A stretch of 64,000 bases of DNA. Source: Raillietiella orientalis. Taxonomy: Eukaryota. Numbering within the stretch: position 1 is the stretch's first letter; each line of letters opens with the position of its first letter. Location: positions 4,154,001 to 4,218,000 of the forward strand of contig JAYWIR010000003.1 of the NCBI GenBank assembly GCA_036172245.1, read 5' to 3'. A program made the translations under genes and the position numbers. The notes under the pieces were generated by a model. The model did no database searches. It was not told the DNA's origin and saw only the letters and a program-made list of their open reading frames with translations. Below are positions 12,250 through 25,300 of this stretch, piece by piece.

Positions 12250-15200
12250 TGGCTCAAATGCAAGCACGCTGCGCTGTGACATTCCGATAGACCAATCAGA
12301 ACTTTTGTGGACAGGTCCAAACGAATTCAAACAGCGCAACTGTTGAAGTGCACTTGGACTGAGTTGTCCCCAAAAAGTGGACGCGCGTGTAACAGTATTT
12401 CGATCTCGCACTGCGGAGAGCCTCCATCCGAGTCTGGACCATCCACGCAAGCGCTCACCACGAGCGATCGAAACTTGGCACGATTCGAAACGTGCCTTTT
12501 GCCTTCAGCTTTTGATGGGAAATTCTTTATGGAATTCTTTTATGGAATTTTAGTGTTCGTCTTGCTGAGCTTTGTCCCCGTGGGTGTCCGACGTCCTCCC
12601 TCCCTTCTTTCGCGCGCTAAAGCGAAAATCGCATCCGCAGAGTTCCTTTTCCTGCGTGCGTCGCCGGATGCTCTACGCTTTCGCGACAGATGTCTCCAAG
12701 ATCAACAAAAACAAGGGACAGGACGTACCGAGAAAGGGCAAAAGATCCACCGCGTTATCTCCGGCCCCGGCACACGTAGCAGAGGCATCGCGACACGAGC
12801 AACGAGTGCAGGCAGCCGAAGGGATCGCGTGCGACGGCAGCCATGGCAACGACACTGGCTGGAAACTTTTGCTTTGAAGGCGCGCTTGCGTGTCTGCGTA
12901 CGTTTCTTCAGCTTCCGGAAAGAACATAACGTGAGACGGGGGAGGCCAAGCCATGAATCGACACGCATGCGAAGACGTGAGGATGCGGGGAGACGAGCAC
13001 CCCGGCCCAGGGCTGAGGACCGGGGAAACGGTGCTGGACGAGAGATGGAGAAGTCTAGGGAAAGCAGTCAAGGGAGTGTCGAAACGATGAGCCCTTCAGA
13101 TGCACGGGTTTGCGTGCGTGTGTTTCTTTATACGGAGTGTGAAGAAAACCAAAAAGCGTTGCAAGTCCGGTGAAGATGGAGTGCCGCTCCGGCCGGACAA
13201 GCTCACATCAAGTCCCCTAAAGGAATTTGAGCCGGTGGACGAATGAGACGATCTTCGGAATGTGGACGTCGAGCCGCTCGAACACGCAAGAAACAGCAGC
13301 AGCGGACCACCTCTGAATGGGGCAAGCCGGCCAGGAGCCGCATTGAGAGTGGCAGAAGCGACGAGAGAAGGGAGAATGAGGGGAATCAACCAATGACCTT
13401 CGATGGTGCTCTTTCAGGCTACCTCGCTTGCCAGTGAGTCGTATAATTGCACTAGCGCGGAACTTTCGTGAAGATCAGAAAGAATGCGCGCCGCCTTCGG
13501 TGCGAGGCTCTCTAGGACTCTGCGAGGGAGGAGGACGAGATACGCGAAAAAGCAGCAACACCGGGAGAACGGGTGATGATGCTGCGACGGTAATGTTGCA
13601 GCTTTCGTTTCGTCTCTTCTCCAAACAATGGACTCTCCAGAATCGCCAAGTAGCATCCCTCTCTGCCCGTCTTTGTCCGCCAATTCAGAGCGGTGGCTGC
13701 GTAGGAACTTCCATAGAGGGAAGACGACACAAGGAAAGGCTTCCTTGGAATACCGCAACCTTCCTGGAGGAAGAAGGGGAGAGAGATGGAGGCGAGGGAA
13801 AACTCGGGCGACTCAGGGCTTCCAGAAAGACCGGAGGAGGCTGACGTCGCCTACCGTTCATGGCGCACGCGAGAGGGGGAAGGCGCTACGCGGGAGCGTG
13901 CGGGTGGCGCCACCTCCCGTTCGGCGGGCGCGCCTACTCCGCACACGTTCCCTCGCAGCTAAACAAGGAGGGGTCGGAGAAGACAAGAAAGTCGAGAGGA
14001 TCGCCCCTTGGCACGGACCCTCGGCCCACAGCCTCGAGTCCGGGAACGCGCGTTTCGTCTTTGCAGGGTTGGGAAAATCAGGGATGACCTGGATCCTGTT
14101 CCGTGCTTCCGATGGATGCCACTCGGGCACGGGAATTCCCCTCACGGACGATCGAGCAGGTGCATCACTCCCTAATCCTTCCCCATCACGAGGGGGCGTC
14201 CAGCAACTCGGACCTATTTTGAAGCAGGGAAACAACGAAACAGAACGTTCAGATCGATAGGTAGGAGCGGAAAGGTCCCGGTGTTTTCACTCTGGTCCAT
14301 CCCCAAGGCTGTCGCTGACCACCTGTTCCTCCCGCCCCTCGGCGCCAACTTTTCCGCTTCCTCGGGAGCGGGGAGCGAGGGCAGTGGGAAGTAGCCGGAA
14401 GATCCGGAGGACCCACTGCTACTCGGCGCCCAACTTCACGAAAGAGTCCACTGCTACGCGGGATGAGTGGGAGATCCGGAACACAGCTTCCTGTACCCCC
14501 GCCGTGATATGGCGGAGAAGAGGGGCAGGACAGGACAGAGGGGGAGAAACGCCGTGCGCCAGAGGGCAGGAGGAGAGGTCGGAGAGAGCACACGCACGAC
14601 ACGCCGGAGCGCTGCGAGAACGGACGGGAGGCGGCGGTGGCCACGGTAAACAACGCGGTGAGTCCGTGCCGCGCGAGGATGCTTCGCTCAAGACCGTGGG
14701 AAGCGCTCGGAGACTGAGACTTCCGGCTCGCCTCGCACCACCGCAAATCTTTCAGACAGGCTGACTCCAAGGAAACGAGAACGCCATCCCCCTCCTCCCC
14801 CCCCCCCTCTCTCCTTTTCGGCCTCCCTTTGTCCGCACAGACGTCCGCAGGCAGGCAGCGGAGACGACCGCAGACAAAAGCGTGAGTTGTCCAGACACAT
14901 CTTCGCAACGGTGCGTTTCCCTTGGCAACGACGGTGGTTCCGCCGCCGATCCCACGTCCTCCTCCCTCCCTCCTCTCTCTCACCCGCACTGAGCCGACGG
15001 CCTGCTGTCGGTGCGTCGGAAGGAGCCGGCGCCAGGGAACAGCACAAAGAGGGGGGTCGGCGGATGGGGGAGAGGGATCCCGGCCACGAGTCCCTGACCG
15101 TAAATTCCCCCTCCGATCCAGTCCACCCCAGGAGACGCGCGGGGATTCCCGGGTCGACAAAAGCGCGCAGCGACCAAACGCTGCCGCCGCAGGAGGCGGC

Positions 15201-18200
15201 ACTGTCGGATTGCCCCCTCGTTCCGTGCAGAGGAGGAGGGGGAAGAGGCGTGCCCGGGACGCTCGGAGAGCAGCAGTTTAGCGAGGGAGCTCCTCGTTGA
15301 CCCAACGAAACCTCCACGAGGTGGGGCCGGCTGGCGGGTGCTCTCTCTATCTACCTGCTGGTCATCCCCGGGGCGACGTGGTGGAGGAGCAAATGCCACT
15401 GCGTGCGAACTGCCGGCGAAAGAGCCCGCCCGAAAAGAAGGGAGGGGGGGGGGAAGAGGGGGAGACGAAGCGGAAGAGGTGACAAAAAGGAGGGGGAGGA
15501 GGGGGGAGGTAACCTCTCGAGCTCACGTGATTCCGAACATCTCTTTTGTGCGCCGGGAGCTGCCCGCTGCCCCACGGCGTCCGCTTCGTGACGAAAGCGA
15601 CCAAGCAGAGTCTCCTTCTTTCCCCTCCTCCTCTTCCTCGGAGCCCACAGGAAAAGGAAAAAAAAGCATAGAGAAGGGGAGAGGAAGAGGACACTGGCGG
15701 AGGAGGACGACCTGCCTCCACGGGCAGCGGAGGTGGAGTGGGGGTCGCCTTCCCCGGCAACGCGGCGGCGCGCGGTCCCTCCGCAGCAGGACGAGGGGCA
15801 CCCCCACTCCCCTCGTGGCGGGGACGGCCCCGTGGGAGTGACATCTGCCGTCGTCGCCGCCAGGGGAGAGGAGGAGGCAGCAGGAGGTCGCTAGGGCCAG
15901 GAGCGCGCCATCACCTGTGCCCGCAGGGACAAGACGCAAGGACGCGCGCACGGAGATCCTCAAGGGAAGCACAGCTGCCGAGTAGGGCGCGCACGCGTGA
16001 GGCTGGCTGCAGCCCCATCCACCGCCGCTCTCGCCAGGAGGGAGGCAGACCAAGGGCTATGATGAAGAGGAGCGACCTCTGCTGCTGCCGGACTCCCAAA
16101 TGTCTCCCCTCCAGCCCACCGTTCGTCCGGCGGCAGTCAAGCTCCCCCTCCTCCCCCGCTACGCCAGCGAAGCGCAAGTGCCACGGAAGCTGCGGAGAGG
16201 ACGAGCAGTTGCATGTGCTGCCGCGCACATGCCAGGGCTCCCTTGTCCCCCTGTCGTGTCTCTCCCGGCGGTTGTTCCGGGAGACCTCGGTGCTCTCTCG
16301 GAACCCCTGTCGTTCTTCTTTCCCGTGCGCCCTTCCCCAAGTGGTCGTGCGATCTGGAGCGATCCTTTCCACCGCGGAACGTCAGGTCTCCGCCTTGTTC
16401 GCGGGTCGCTGGCGCGTCCCGAAAGGCCGGCGGCGCCCCGCGGGCTCCGAGGTTTCCTGGAACGGCGTCGGACGATAGACGAGTGCCTCGCGCGCCTCCT
16501 GGGGAGATTCCCAGGAGCGGGTACCCGGGCGCTCCGTACCGCGGGAGAGCCCGGGGACCAACCCGACACGAATGTCCAGGCGTCGCTGACCTCCCGTAGA
16601 GAACGGGCGGCCAGGGACGTGCAGCATCATCCGCCCCCGAAGCGAGAGGCAACGGCGGCGGCGGCGAGGTCCAGAGGGCGTGGGACCTGACGGTGAGCAG
16701 GCAATCGCTCGCTCCTCCGAAGCACATGCCCTCGGGTGACCCGCGTGGATCCTGCCTCGTCTGCGCAGGTTCTGGCGCACGAGGGAACCTGCCCCACGGC
16801 ATTGGGGGAAAATCGCGCAGGAAAGAGCGACCTAGGGTTCTGAGCGAGCACCGAGGTAGCCCGGAGCAACTGCCAGGAGAGACGTGACTGGGGGAAGGAG
16901 GAGGAGGAGGAAGGAATGCCCGGCGGAGACGATAGGGGAAGGTTTGCGGGACAGGCCGAAGAAGGATGGGGGCCCCTGAGGGCTTTGATGGTCCACAGGC
17001 CCAGAGCGAGTCCAGAAGCTACAGGAGGATGTGCTCGTGGAGTCCAAGGTCCATCATCGTCCCCAGCATGCCGGCATTGGAAGGGGAGGATCGCGAGAAG
17101 GAAGCGGATCCAGCACGCCCCCTGGGAGTCCGGCAGGCGTCCGCTGCTGGATGCTGCTCGACCTCTTCGAATGCTTAGCAGCAGCGGGGCTTTCGCGGCG
17201 CCTGCAGCAGACTCCGTCTCGCTAACCAAGGATCGAATCGGTCGGCACTGCAGTTCGTCTTGGCCTGGGAAGCGTGAAAAGGAAGTCACGGGTCCGCTCA
17301 TCGGATGCTGCAAGGCACGGGAGGGCGCGCGGAGGACCCCTCTTGCGCGAAGTGGAGGACGAAGCCCTCTTCGACCGGGCTGCGGAGGGTGACCGCGGCG
17401 CGGCTGCACACCTCGCGAGGCGCGCACCTTCGAGCGGGTGCAATCGAGCGTGCGCGCTGTGAGACCGGACCAATAGGTCGGCAGCTTTCGAGCATGCGTG
17501 CACATCACCCACCAAGGCGCCTGTTCGGGAAGCGCGTCTCGCGGGCGCACGCTGAGCCGGCGATCACCTCACGCATACCCGAGAGGCACTTTCCTCCCTG
17601 GTCCTCTGCACGAGAGGACCCAAACAGCTTCATTAGGTCGCCGCCGCCGGAGTCGTCCTAATCGATTTAGGCATCTCTCGGTTCTCTCTCGTCTCTCGAT
17701 TCTCTGCGTCCGGGAGCGGTGCTGCGGCGACGCATTTGATCGATCGCCGATCGCCCCGAGCAACCCTCCCTACACCTGCGCTCTGTGTGAATTTGCAGCG
17801 CTCCTCACGATCGTTGACGATGGCCCAACTTCCGCTGTTCTGCACTATTAATAGGTCGCCACAGCTCCATGCCACCTCTTTCACTCGGGAAAGGGAGGGA
17901 CAGGAGGGAGCAGCAAGCCCAGGATTGAGTTCCCTATGAGCATGGGCACGCACCCGTATGTGTACCTGGGACTTTGTACATGCGTAACCACCTGTGTACA
18001 TCGCTGCGTGCATGTGCATGTGTATCCTTGTGCGGTGTGCATCTGCCCATGCTCGTGCACGTCGAGCACCTCACGAGTTTGCCTGCACGGGGGTGCTTCC
18101 TCTGCGCATACAGATCCGCGAGTCTGTCTGCGCTCAGCATCCCCGAGCTCACCTATCTGTACGCGAAAGTGTACGTGCATTGCATTCATCCGCCTGCATG

Positions 18201-19250
18201 TCCATCTGGGTAGGATGCATCCGCAAACGCAGCTGCGTCGCGTGCTCCGAAATGTGCGCCGGCTCACGCATATCTGCGAAGGCAGCTGCGCATGCGCCCA
18301 CGAGAAAAGGAAAAGCGCAACTCGGGCGACGGACCTGCGGTGCCCAGTGAAGATGACAGAAGGGCCTCACCTCGGGAGGCACGGACTCCACGGCATGCTC
18401 CATGCCACCCCTTTCCTGCCTCGAGCATGACCCGCTCTGGTCGACAAGGGGACGGCGGCGGCATTCCTGGTGGGTCACGAAGGCGGATCGGGCAGGCGGT
18501 AGGACCAGAAGGTGCGGCACGAGAGGGATAATCCCATGTGAGCGCGCCGCGAAAATGAACACGAAGTGGTTGGACGTGCATGGAGGTGGTGGTGGCGGCC
18601 TCCACACCGACCGACCTCTGTGCACGGTGATGAACCTCCACCGCCGAAGACGTGGACGAAACTCTTGGGCACACCCAGGCAGGGACAAGCGCCTAGCTCG
18701 AGGCGGGAGAGAGAAGCACGGGGCAGACACCCCCTGGACGGAAGCGCCGCAGGGCGGGACGCTTCCGCGCGCGCCGACGGGCTCCACCGGCTGAGAGCAA
18801 AGGTCAAGCAGGGACCGCACCGGACGGCCACGGGACCCATTCCACCGACTCTCTGAACCAAGAGTGCCCGGAGAATGTCTCGGGTCAAGACCGAGGCGGT
18901 GCCCAGGATCCTCTGAATCCGTCGGCCTGTGGACCGATGTCGGCCGCGCCGACGTTCTTACAAATCCCCGATCGGAAGACGGCAGACAGAAGGACGCAGG
19001 ACATGGTTGCGCCAGCGCGTGGCCCGAAGCCGACCGGAAGACCCAGAGAAGGCGTAGGAGCAGATCTCTAGTCCGCAACCCTCAGTGACCGGTTCCTCAG
19101 AGGCTGGTGACACACTGTCCACCTCGAAGCAGATGGGTGAAAACGGAGTTCCTGGAGAAACACACGCGACAACGCCCTTCCTCGCAAATTGTGCAGCCAC
19201 TGGTGGATGCCATCCGACCATTATCACCAGTCGTTCGGCGCCCCTATTCT
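12250..19250 (-). mobile_element. Decayed L1/Tx1-type non-LTR retrotransposon 'B' (GC-rich; ORF2 probably 3'-incomplete)
   Basis: ORF1 relic RDLLLRLLW...FVFIFAARSHGIIPLVPHLLVLPPARSAFVTH, then PGMP..C and Cys/His knuckle remnants (~19070-18300). Endonuclease relics PWHVRGSTCNCSS..FAGVAG (~16230-16150) and LLLSPGGDD (~15860). RT relics APARSSVRGIPVPEW (~14160), YSKEAFPCV..KFL (DxEKAFDRV-like, ~13750) and FLACSSGST (~13290). Confidence 0.6.
17936..18300. repeat. Degenerate minisatellite-like tract rich in TGCA/TGTAC/GCAT alternating purine-pyrimidine words
   Basis: Dense recurrence of tgcat, gtgca, tgtac and gcatg (e.g. gcgtgcatgtgcatgtgtatcc, gtgtacgtgcattgcattc); translates Cys/His/Ala/Met-rich in several frames. 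No exact unit length could be fixed by eye. Confidence 0.5.
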
Positions 19251-19449
19251 CGCGCGCAGCTTTTTTCCAAGCGACGCAGCAGAGGAAGACGCTGCGCGCC
19301 TGCGGCACCGGAAGAGCAGGCTGGGAGATCCAAGGAACGCGAGGAAGAGCGGGCGCTCCCGAAGAGAATCCCTGAACTTTCAGGAAACTGAAAAGGGAAA
19401 GCAAGTGTCTGTGTGCATCTCTGACCGCCCGCAGCTCCTCGAGGGGTCG

Positions 19450-21790
19450 AGATGGTCAGATGCACAAACGAGCACGAGAACAGTCACGGAAGAAATCAAG
19501 CTGAGGGGGTGGCGATAGGGGCCCGCTTCGAAGACGACGGTCAGAGAGGCACCCCACAGTATCCGGGGCAACGAATATGAAACTCCCCTGACAGAAAGGG
19601 CCCTCGAGTTCAACAGCTTCGCCTCCGCCTGCCGCCGCCAGGAGGACGGACGCAAGACGATGTCGAGAAAAGATAGCGACGGGTGGCAGCTCCACATGAT
19701 CCCCACTCCCTCAACCTCGCCTTCTTTCTCTCTCTCTCTCTCTCTCCAAGGAGACTGATAAGGGAGGGAGAGTAAAGTCGCCGAGCCATCGATTCCAGTC
19801 AAGAGAGGGGTCTGGCAGGCACCGAGGTCAGCACAGCACCCAGCAGCGCTATGCGGGACTGAGGACAAGGCTCAACGAGTCTCAGCTATCTCCAGCCGGG
19901 GGATCAACGAGCAGACCCCCTCTCTTCTCCCCCTTCCTCCTGGGAACGCGGCGAGCGGTCAATCTGCAGCTCCACGGAGAGTCCCGCGGGGCTGTCGGGG
20001 GAGGGAAGAGGAGGCAGGCGGAGATCAGACCAGATCGGGAAGTGGACCAAAAAGCTGCCTTCCCTCCCTCGTCCTGTCTCCCTCCCTCCGAAGGGGGAAA
20101 GGAGGAGGGATAGGAGGATGGGGGGATGATACGAAACGCCTGCAGGCAGTCATACCGTATCCGTATGCGGCGTTCCTGAAAACAGACTGCCGGGGGCTTC
20201 ATGGGCGTCCGACAGCACGCAAGAAGCAGGCAGGTGGCGCTGCCCGCGCACCCGTGCAACGCCACCGCCGGCGGGAGCGAATTCGCGCAGCTCGCGCGCG
20301 CATCGCAGCGCATCGCACGCACACACGCGGAAAACCATTCGAGTGCCAAAACGCAAATGGAGGGGAGGGGGGGGGACGAGGTGAGAGAAAGAATCTCCGA
20401 GAAACGGGTCTTTCAGAGCGCGGCCAATTAACGAGATGTTCGGTGTGATTAATCAGCTCCCTGAACCAAGGAGGAGGGGGGGAGGAAAGTTCCTCCGTCC
20501 AGCGCGAGCTTCTCCGTCGCTTCCCGGGGAGAAGACCCGGGGAGTCGGGCGGAGTCACTCGTGGTGCCAGCCGTTTCTGGACGCGGGGTACTGGATCCGT
20601 GCTGTCCGGGAAGAGGAGGACGTCGTGGCGACGCGTGACCGAATTCGGGATGGGAGCTGAGGGCGTGTCCCCTACCTCTTCGGGAACAGAATCAACGGGA
20701 AGGAAGAGGAAAGGGGAAATCGAGAGCATCCCGAGAACACTGCCTTGATCCAGAAAAAGAGACTGCGCGGACCGGAGACGCAGATCCCGGCGGACGCTTT
20801 CCCGGGTCGACTGTCGCAGGCGCCGCGAGCGAGGCTCTTAGCACCCTGACAGCGTGACGACGAGTCCGCAAGGTTCGGCCCCAGGTCCCTCGCGCGACTT
20901 GGGCGGGGCGGCGGACGCTGCTGTGGCTCCTTCCTCACCCTCTCTCCCTTTCCCTGGCTCCCCATCACCTCGTCTCCGTGAAGACCGGCCGCTTGGGGAC
21001 GGCCCTTCGGCAGCGGCCTTTCGGCGACCTCGAGAGGGCGGAGCGCACGTCGGTCCGCACGTTAATGAACCTTTTAGAAGGCGCCCAGGATGCCGGGTAG
21101 TCCGGGGAAATTGCCCCTACGCCACTCCTCCGCACCCCCGAACGATTCCCCGCTGCCCTCCGGCGCTGCACGCGGGCCGCGCCGCCGAAGAGCAGCTGGC
21201 AGTGCGCTAGGCTCGGCTCGACGGACGTCAGTGCTCCTCGCTACGTCCCGTCCCGAAGGCTCGGTCCCCAGATGCCCCAGCTTTCCTCTTCCACCCCTTC
21301 ATCGGTGATGGCTTCCCGAGAAGGCAACGACTTGCAGGAAACCGCCATCATCAGGGAAGGGTGCAAACTAACGACTCTCTCTGCTCTCAGGATGAAAGCT
21401 CGCACGAAGAGAATTTCCAGCTTCTTGCGTGCTTTGGATACGGCACGATCCATCCGAGATCAGAGCTCCGCTGGGGTGCAAGAAAAAATAGGGGGGCACA
21501 ACGCAGACAACTCGCAGGCGAATCCTGGATCGATAGCAAGCTGTTGAAGAGAGATTGCGCACGCGAGTGGTGAGCTCGGGCAGAGTGCACGGGACCACCG
21601 TAGATCCCCATGGGAACAATCGAGCAGAAAACACCCGCCCATCCAGCGCCCTCCCCCTCCAAATTTCTGCTGCACGTAAACCGATGTTAAATGTCTTTTG
21701 CATGCGAGTCGATGTTATAAATCCACGGAAATGCAAAGGGGCGTTTACGAGAGAAATGCTTTCTAAGCCCAAACAGGTCTTTTCCTGATT
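19450..21790 (+). mobile_element. Truncated decayed L1/Tx1-type element 'C0' (ORF1 + 5' end of ORF2 endonuclease)
   Basis: RGVWQAPR (~19805), FLLGTRRAVNLQLHGESRG (GxxR..YxGQP-like, ~19935-19990) and NACRQ knuckle relic (~20135). Then KLTTLSALRMKARTKRISSFLRALDTARS..VQEK (~21365-21485), resembling the 'TLNxRG..KR..L...LQETH' start of the APE endonuclease, and AREW (~21560). Confidence 0.5.
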
Positions 21791-22399
21791 CCTTTTTTTT
21801 TTTTTTTTTCTTTACAATAAACAGCGGAGCTTTACGATCGCGTCGTAAACGATAGCGCGGGCGCATGCCGCAGATGTCGTGCGAGAGTTCGAACGCGGTC
21901 CGATGTGCAGGACGCGTTGCAACGGCAACGATTGCTGCCCTAGAACCGCGCAGGATGGATTCACTTTTACGAATTTATTGCCATCTATTAGTGCTCTCGA
22001 GAAAAGCTGTCTTTTTCATTACCTCCTCTTGCTTAGGAAGAAAAAGGAAAAGGCGATCAGTTCACTGCTTGCGCCCGAAAGGTCATGGTGAGCTGCTGCA
22101 AAGCCGCTGCAACTTTCGCCGCAGCCATTTTACCAGAACACTTCACTACCACCTCATCGCCTTTATAAGATTTGCCTTTTTTCTCTTTGCCGTTGTTGCT
22201 AACTCCCTGTTCTGCTTCGGAGAGCCAAATCGAAAGCCACAGCAGCCTGAGGAAAAGGCTTCTTTCACGATTCCCAAAGGTGCCTAACGAAAGTTGTTTC
22301 GATCTGGCGCGCTGCACAACTGGAAGCTGATTGCTCGCACGCGCGCGCAGACGCACGCATGGGATCCTGCGGCTCGCACCGACGAGCCCCAAGCAGACG

Positions 22400-25300
22400 A
22401 TTCAGCCAACGAGCGAAGCCGGCAAGGGCGAAATTAAATCGAAAGCTGCACGGAGGGCGAACTCGCCAGAAGACCACCAACTCTACCGATTAAACCGAGT
22501 TAGCGTAACAAACAAGGCATCCTGCGGAACTCGTGACGACCGGCGCAAAGTGCTGTGTCAGGAGCTGAGGTTGGGTTGCAGGAGGCCGAGTTTGGCCCCA
22601 CGAAGAACCTTTCCTCCCAACACTCCCGGCAATCGCTGGCAAAGCGGAAGGACAGCGAGCAGCTCCAGGAAGCTGCACGCACGTCCCGATCCAACTGATG
22701 ATGGCTAAATCCCGACGGCGACAGAGTGAATGCTGGAGACTGATCCCTGCAGCCAAATGGTCACAGACATATCGCCTACAGGCAGATGGAATCGCGACCA
22801 GCATATAGGAGCACAAAGACGCCGCTCACCTCGCGACGGATGCTGCCAAGGCCCGAAAGCAACCACTTGAGACCAGCGATGGGCAGCCCGCTTGAGAAAA
22901 CGGCCGCCGGCTGGATGTTGGGCACTTGCTCAAGCTCCGCGCAACCCTCGGAGAAGTTGCCGGAGGCCATGGGCAGTCCCTTGCCGAGCTCGGCACCCAT
23001 TCCTCTTCAGCAACACGGACGCTACTCGGGGCAGAGCGTGGTCTGTTCTTCGGCTTCACTACTCGCCCACCTGGGCATTTCGGGATGGCCAGGAAGCCAC
23101 CGCGCGTGCGCGTGGAGCACGAAAGTCGCTGCATCCAGCACCCACCGGTGTGGTGCCGAAACGGTCGCATGCCTCCCACCTGTTTCTGTGGATCGGATCT
23201 TCCTCTTGCATCTGACCAGCGCCCTAAACCCTGGTCGCGCACAACCCGAAAGTCACTCCCTGGAGAGATGGTTCCTTCCGGGAAGATTTCGACAATTCAG
23301 TCGGGCCGGACTACAGACAAGGTCAAGTCCCCTCCCTTCCAAAGCAGGTGATCAAGAGCAAGTCGATATGGTTGGGGGAGGAAGTCGCGAAGGGAAGTCT
23401 CGCTCCACCGTCACAGTGCGCGTATGCGCCGGAGAGGTTCGGGAAATGAGCGCACCACGCTGTGAAGAGAAGTGGACCTTTGCGAGAGACCTCTTGCGAT
23501 CTGCGAAAGGCCAGTATGGACCCCGGCTCCGTCTGCATCCAGCCGGCCGAACAACAGAGCACGAACCTCTTCCGAAAAGCACTGCAGTGCAGCAAGAACT
23601 CGCGCAACGCCCCCCCCCTTTCCCCTCCCAGAGGAGCAAGGCATTTTTCAGCTGCTTGGATAGTTCGGCGGGAGCCACGGGGAAGTGGGAATGAAGAAAA
23701 CGGCGATGCCTTCCCCCCCAGGAACCAAGTGTGAGCGAAGGGCAACAAAAACATGGCCGAAGGGGAGGTCAAGGGAGTGCGCGAAAGAGGAGGTGGTAGC
23801 CGGCCACGCTACATGCGCGCGGCACCCAACCAGCCTCATGCCGGCGCGCTCTGATCGGCAAGCGTCGCCCGGGTGCATGAGCGTTGCGAAACGAAGCGAA
23901 TTCCCGACCGGGGTGCGCAAATCCCTTGGAGGAGGAAAGGGAGGACAGGATTGGAACACGCGAGCAGGAAAACCGCTTGCGCAGCGGCAAAGACTCGGGC
24001 GCCGCTGCCGGCATGCCGCGCTTGCTCCATAAACCGTCCGCCCACGAGCTCCAAGTGAAGGGCAAACTCGGGAAGAGGCAACCGGAGTGCGAACCGTTCC
24101 TGCCTCGATCGGCGCAGCGCATCCCGCAGGGGAGCAAGTGGAATCCCACTCTTCATTCTTCAAAGAAAGAGAACAAAAAAAATACATTTTTTTGGGGGGG
24201 AAGGGCACAGCCAGATTCCCGTTGAGTTCCTCGGGATCGAATGTGCGCTTACCCGGCGAAAAAAGAGGGCTGCACGAAAGGACGAGACACCTTCTCTTCC
24301 TTGCATTCTCTTCGCCGGGACGAAGAGTGGAAGGGCAGTAGCTCCCGAGTGCGACCGGACCTCTTCGAGGAAGTCGTGGGCGCCTGCGAGCTGGCAATCC
24401 GGAAGGAGACCCACGCGCAGACTTGCGGAGGAGGCGAGCAGGAGGGGAGCGGGGCGCGCCGCGGGATAAGGCAAGCCGCGAACGGCCGGGGTGGAGATGG
24501 CGCTTCGACAGATGAGGATGGCGGTGGCTGGGAAGATACGGCGGGAAAAACGCGAGGGGAGGAGCAAATTGACAGAGCGCGCTCTCGGCGCTTTGGATTC
24601 GCTAACGAATCAGCGAGGGACGGATGCATCCTGCACCTGGAGGACTCCGACCAGGAACGCTTCTGGCGTGCGCATTCCTCTGTCCCTGCGATCATCTGCC
24701 GACCCACGGATGCAGGGACTCCACAGATGCACGGGAGCACGCGCCAGCGGGACAGGCAGGACGCGCCCGGAACAGTGAGCATCGGGCGAGACTCGGGGAA
24801 AGGAGAAGGTCGACTCGGAAAAGAGAAGTGGGCTGGATGACTTCCGGGACGCGGTGAGTGTGAGCAGGTGAGATGCCCCGAGATGACGCGCGCAAAAATT
24901 CCTCTCACGAAGGAGCGACGGACCCCTAAACCAACGGCAGCAGATGACAGTCTGGAAAGATGGAAGAGGAAGGGGCCCAGCTACAGGAAACAGGGGAGCG
25001 GACAAGAGACGAAAGGGACCCCTCCCGGGGCACTTCTGACGGGAGGAGATCCCGTCTCGCCCATTCTGCAAAATCTTCCAGGAACGAGCAAGATCAGAGG
25101 TCTTTCCGCGGTTCTCGCCGGTCCCTTCGACTCCTCGGAAAGATGCGGAGGAGAGGCAACTAAGATGCGCCCACGCATCCCTCGTCCGTGTCGCGCGAAG
25201 GAGAGATGCGCATCCATGAGACCGAGAGGGAGAGACGGAGGGAAGAGAGAGGGGCATACTGAAAGTAGGGCGAGAAACGAACCAGGGTTTCGAGCGCTAA

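Noticed and set aside
20449..20460. 12-mer TTAATCAGCTCC repeated at 32541-32552
   Set aside because: Many 12-mer coincidences are expected in 64 kb, and the flanks do not extend the match.
21400..21453. MDRAVSKARKKLE (minus) as a candidate PLP/AKAP9 first exon
   Set aside because: The similarity is only KKLE, and the opposite strand fits an endonuclease start much better.
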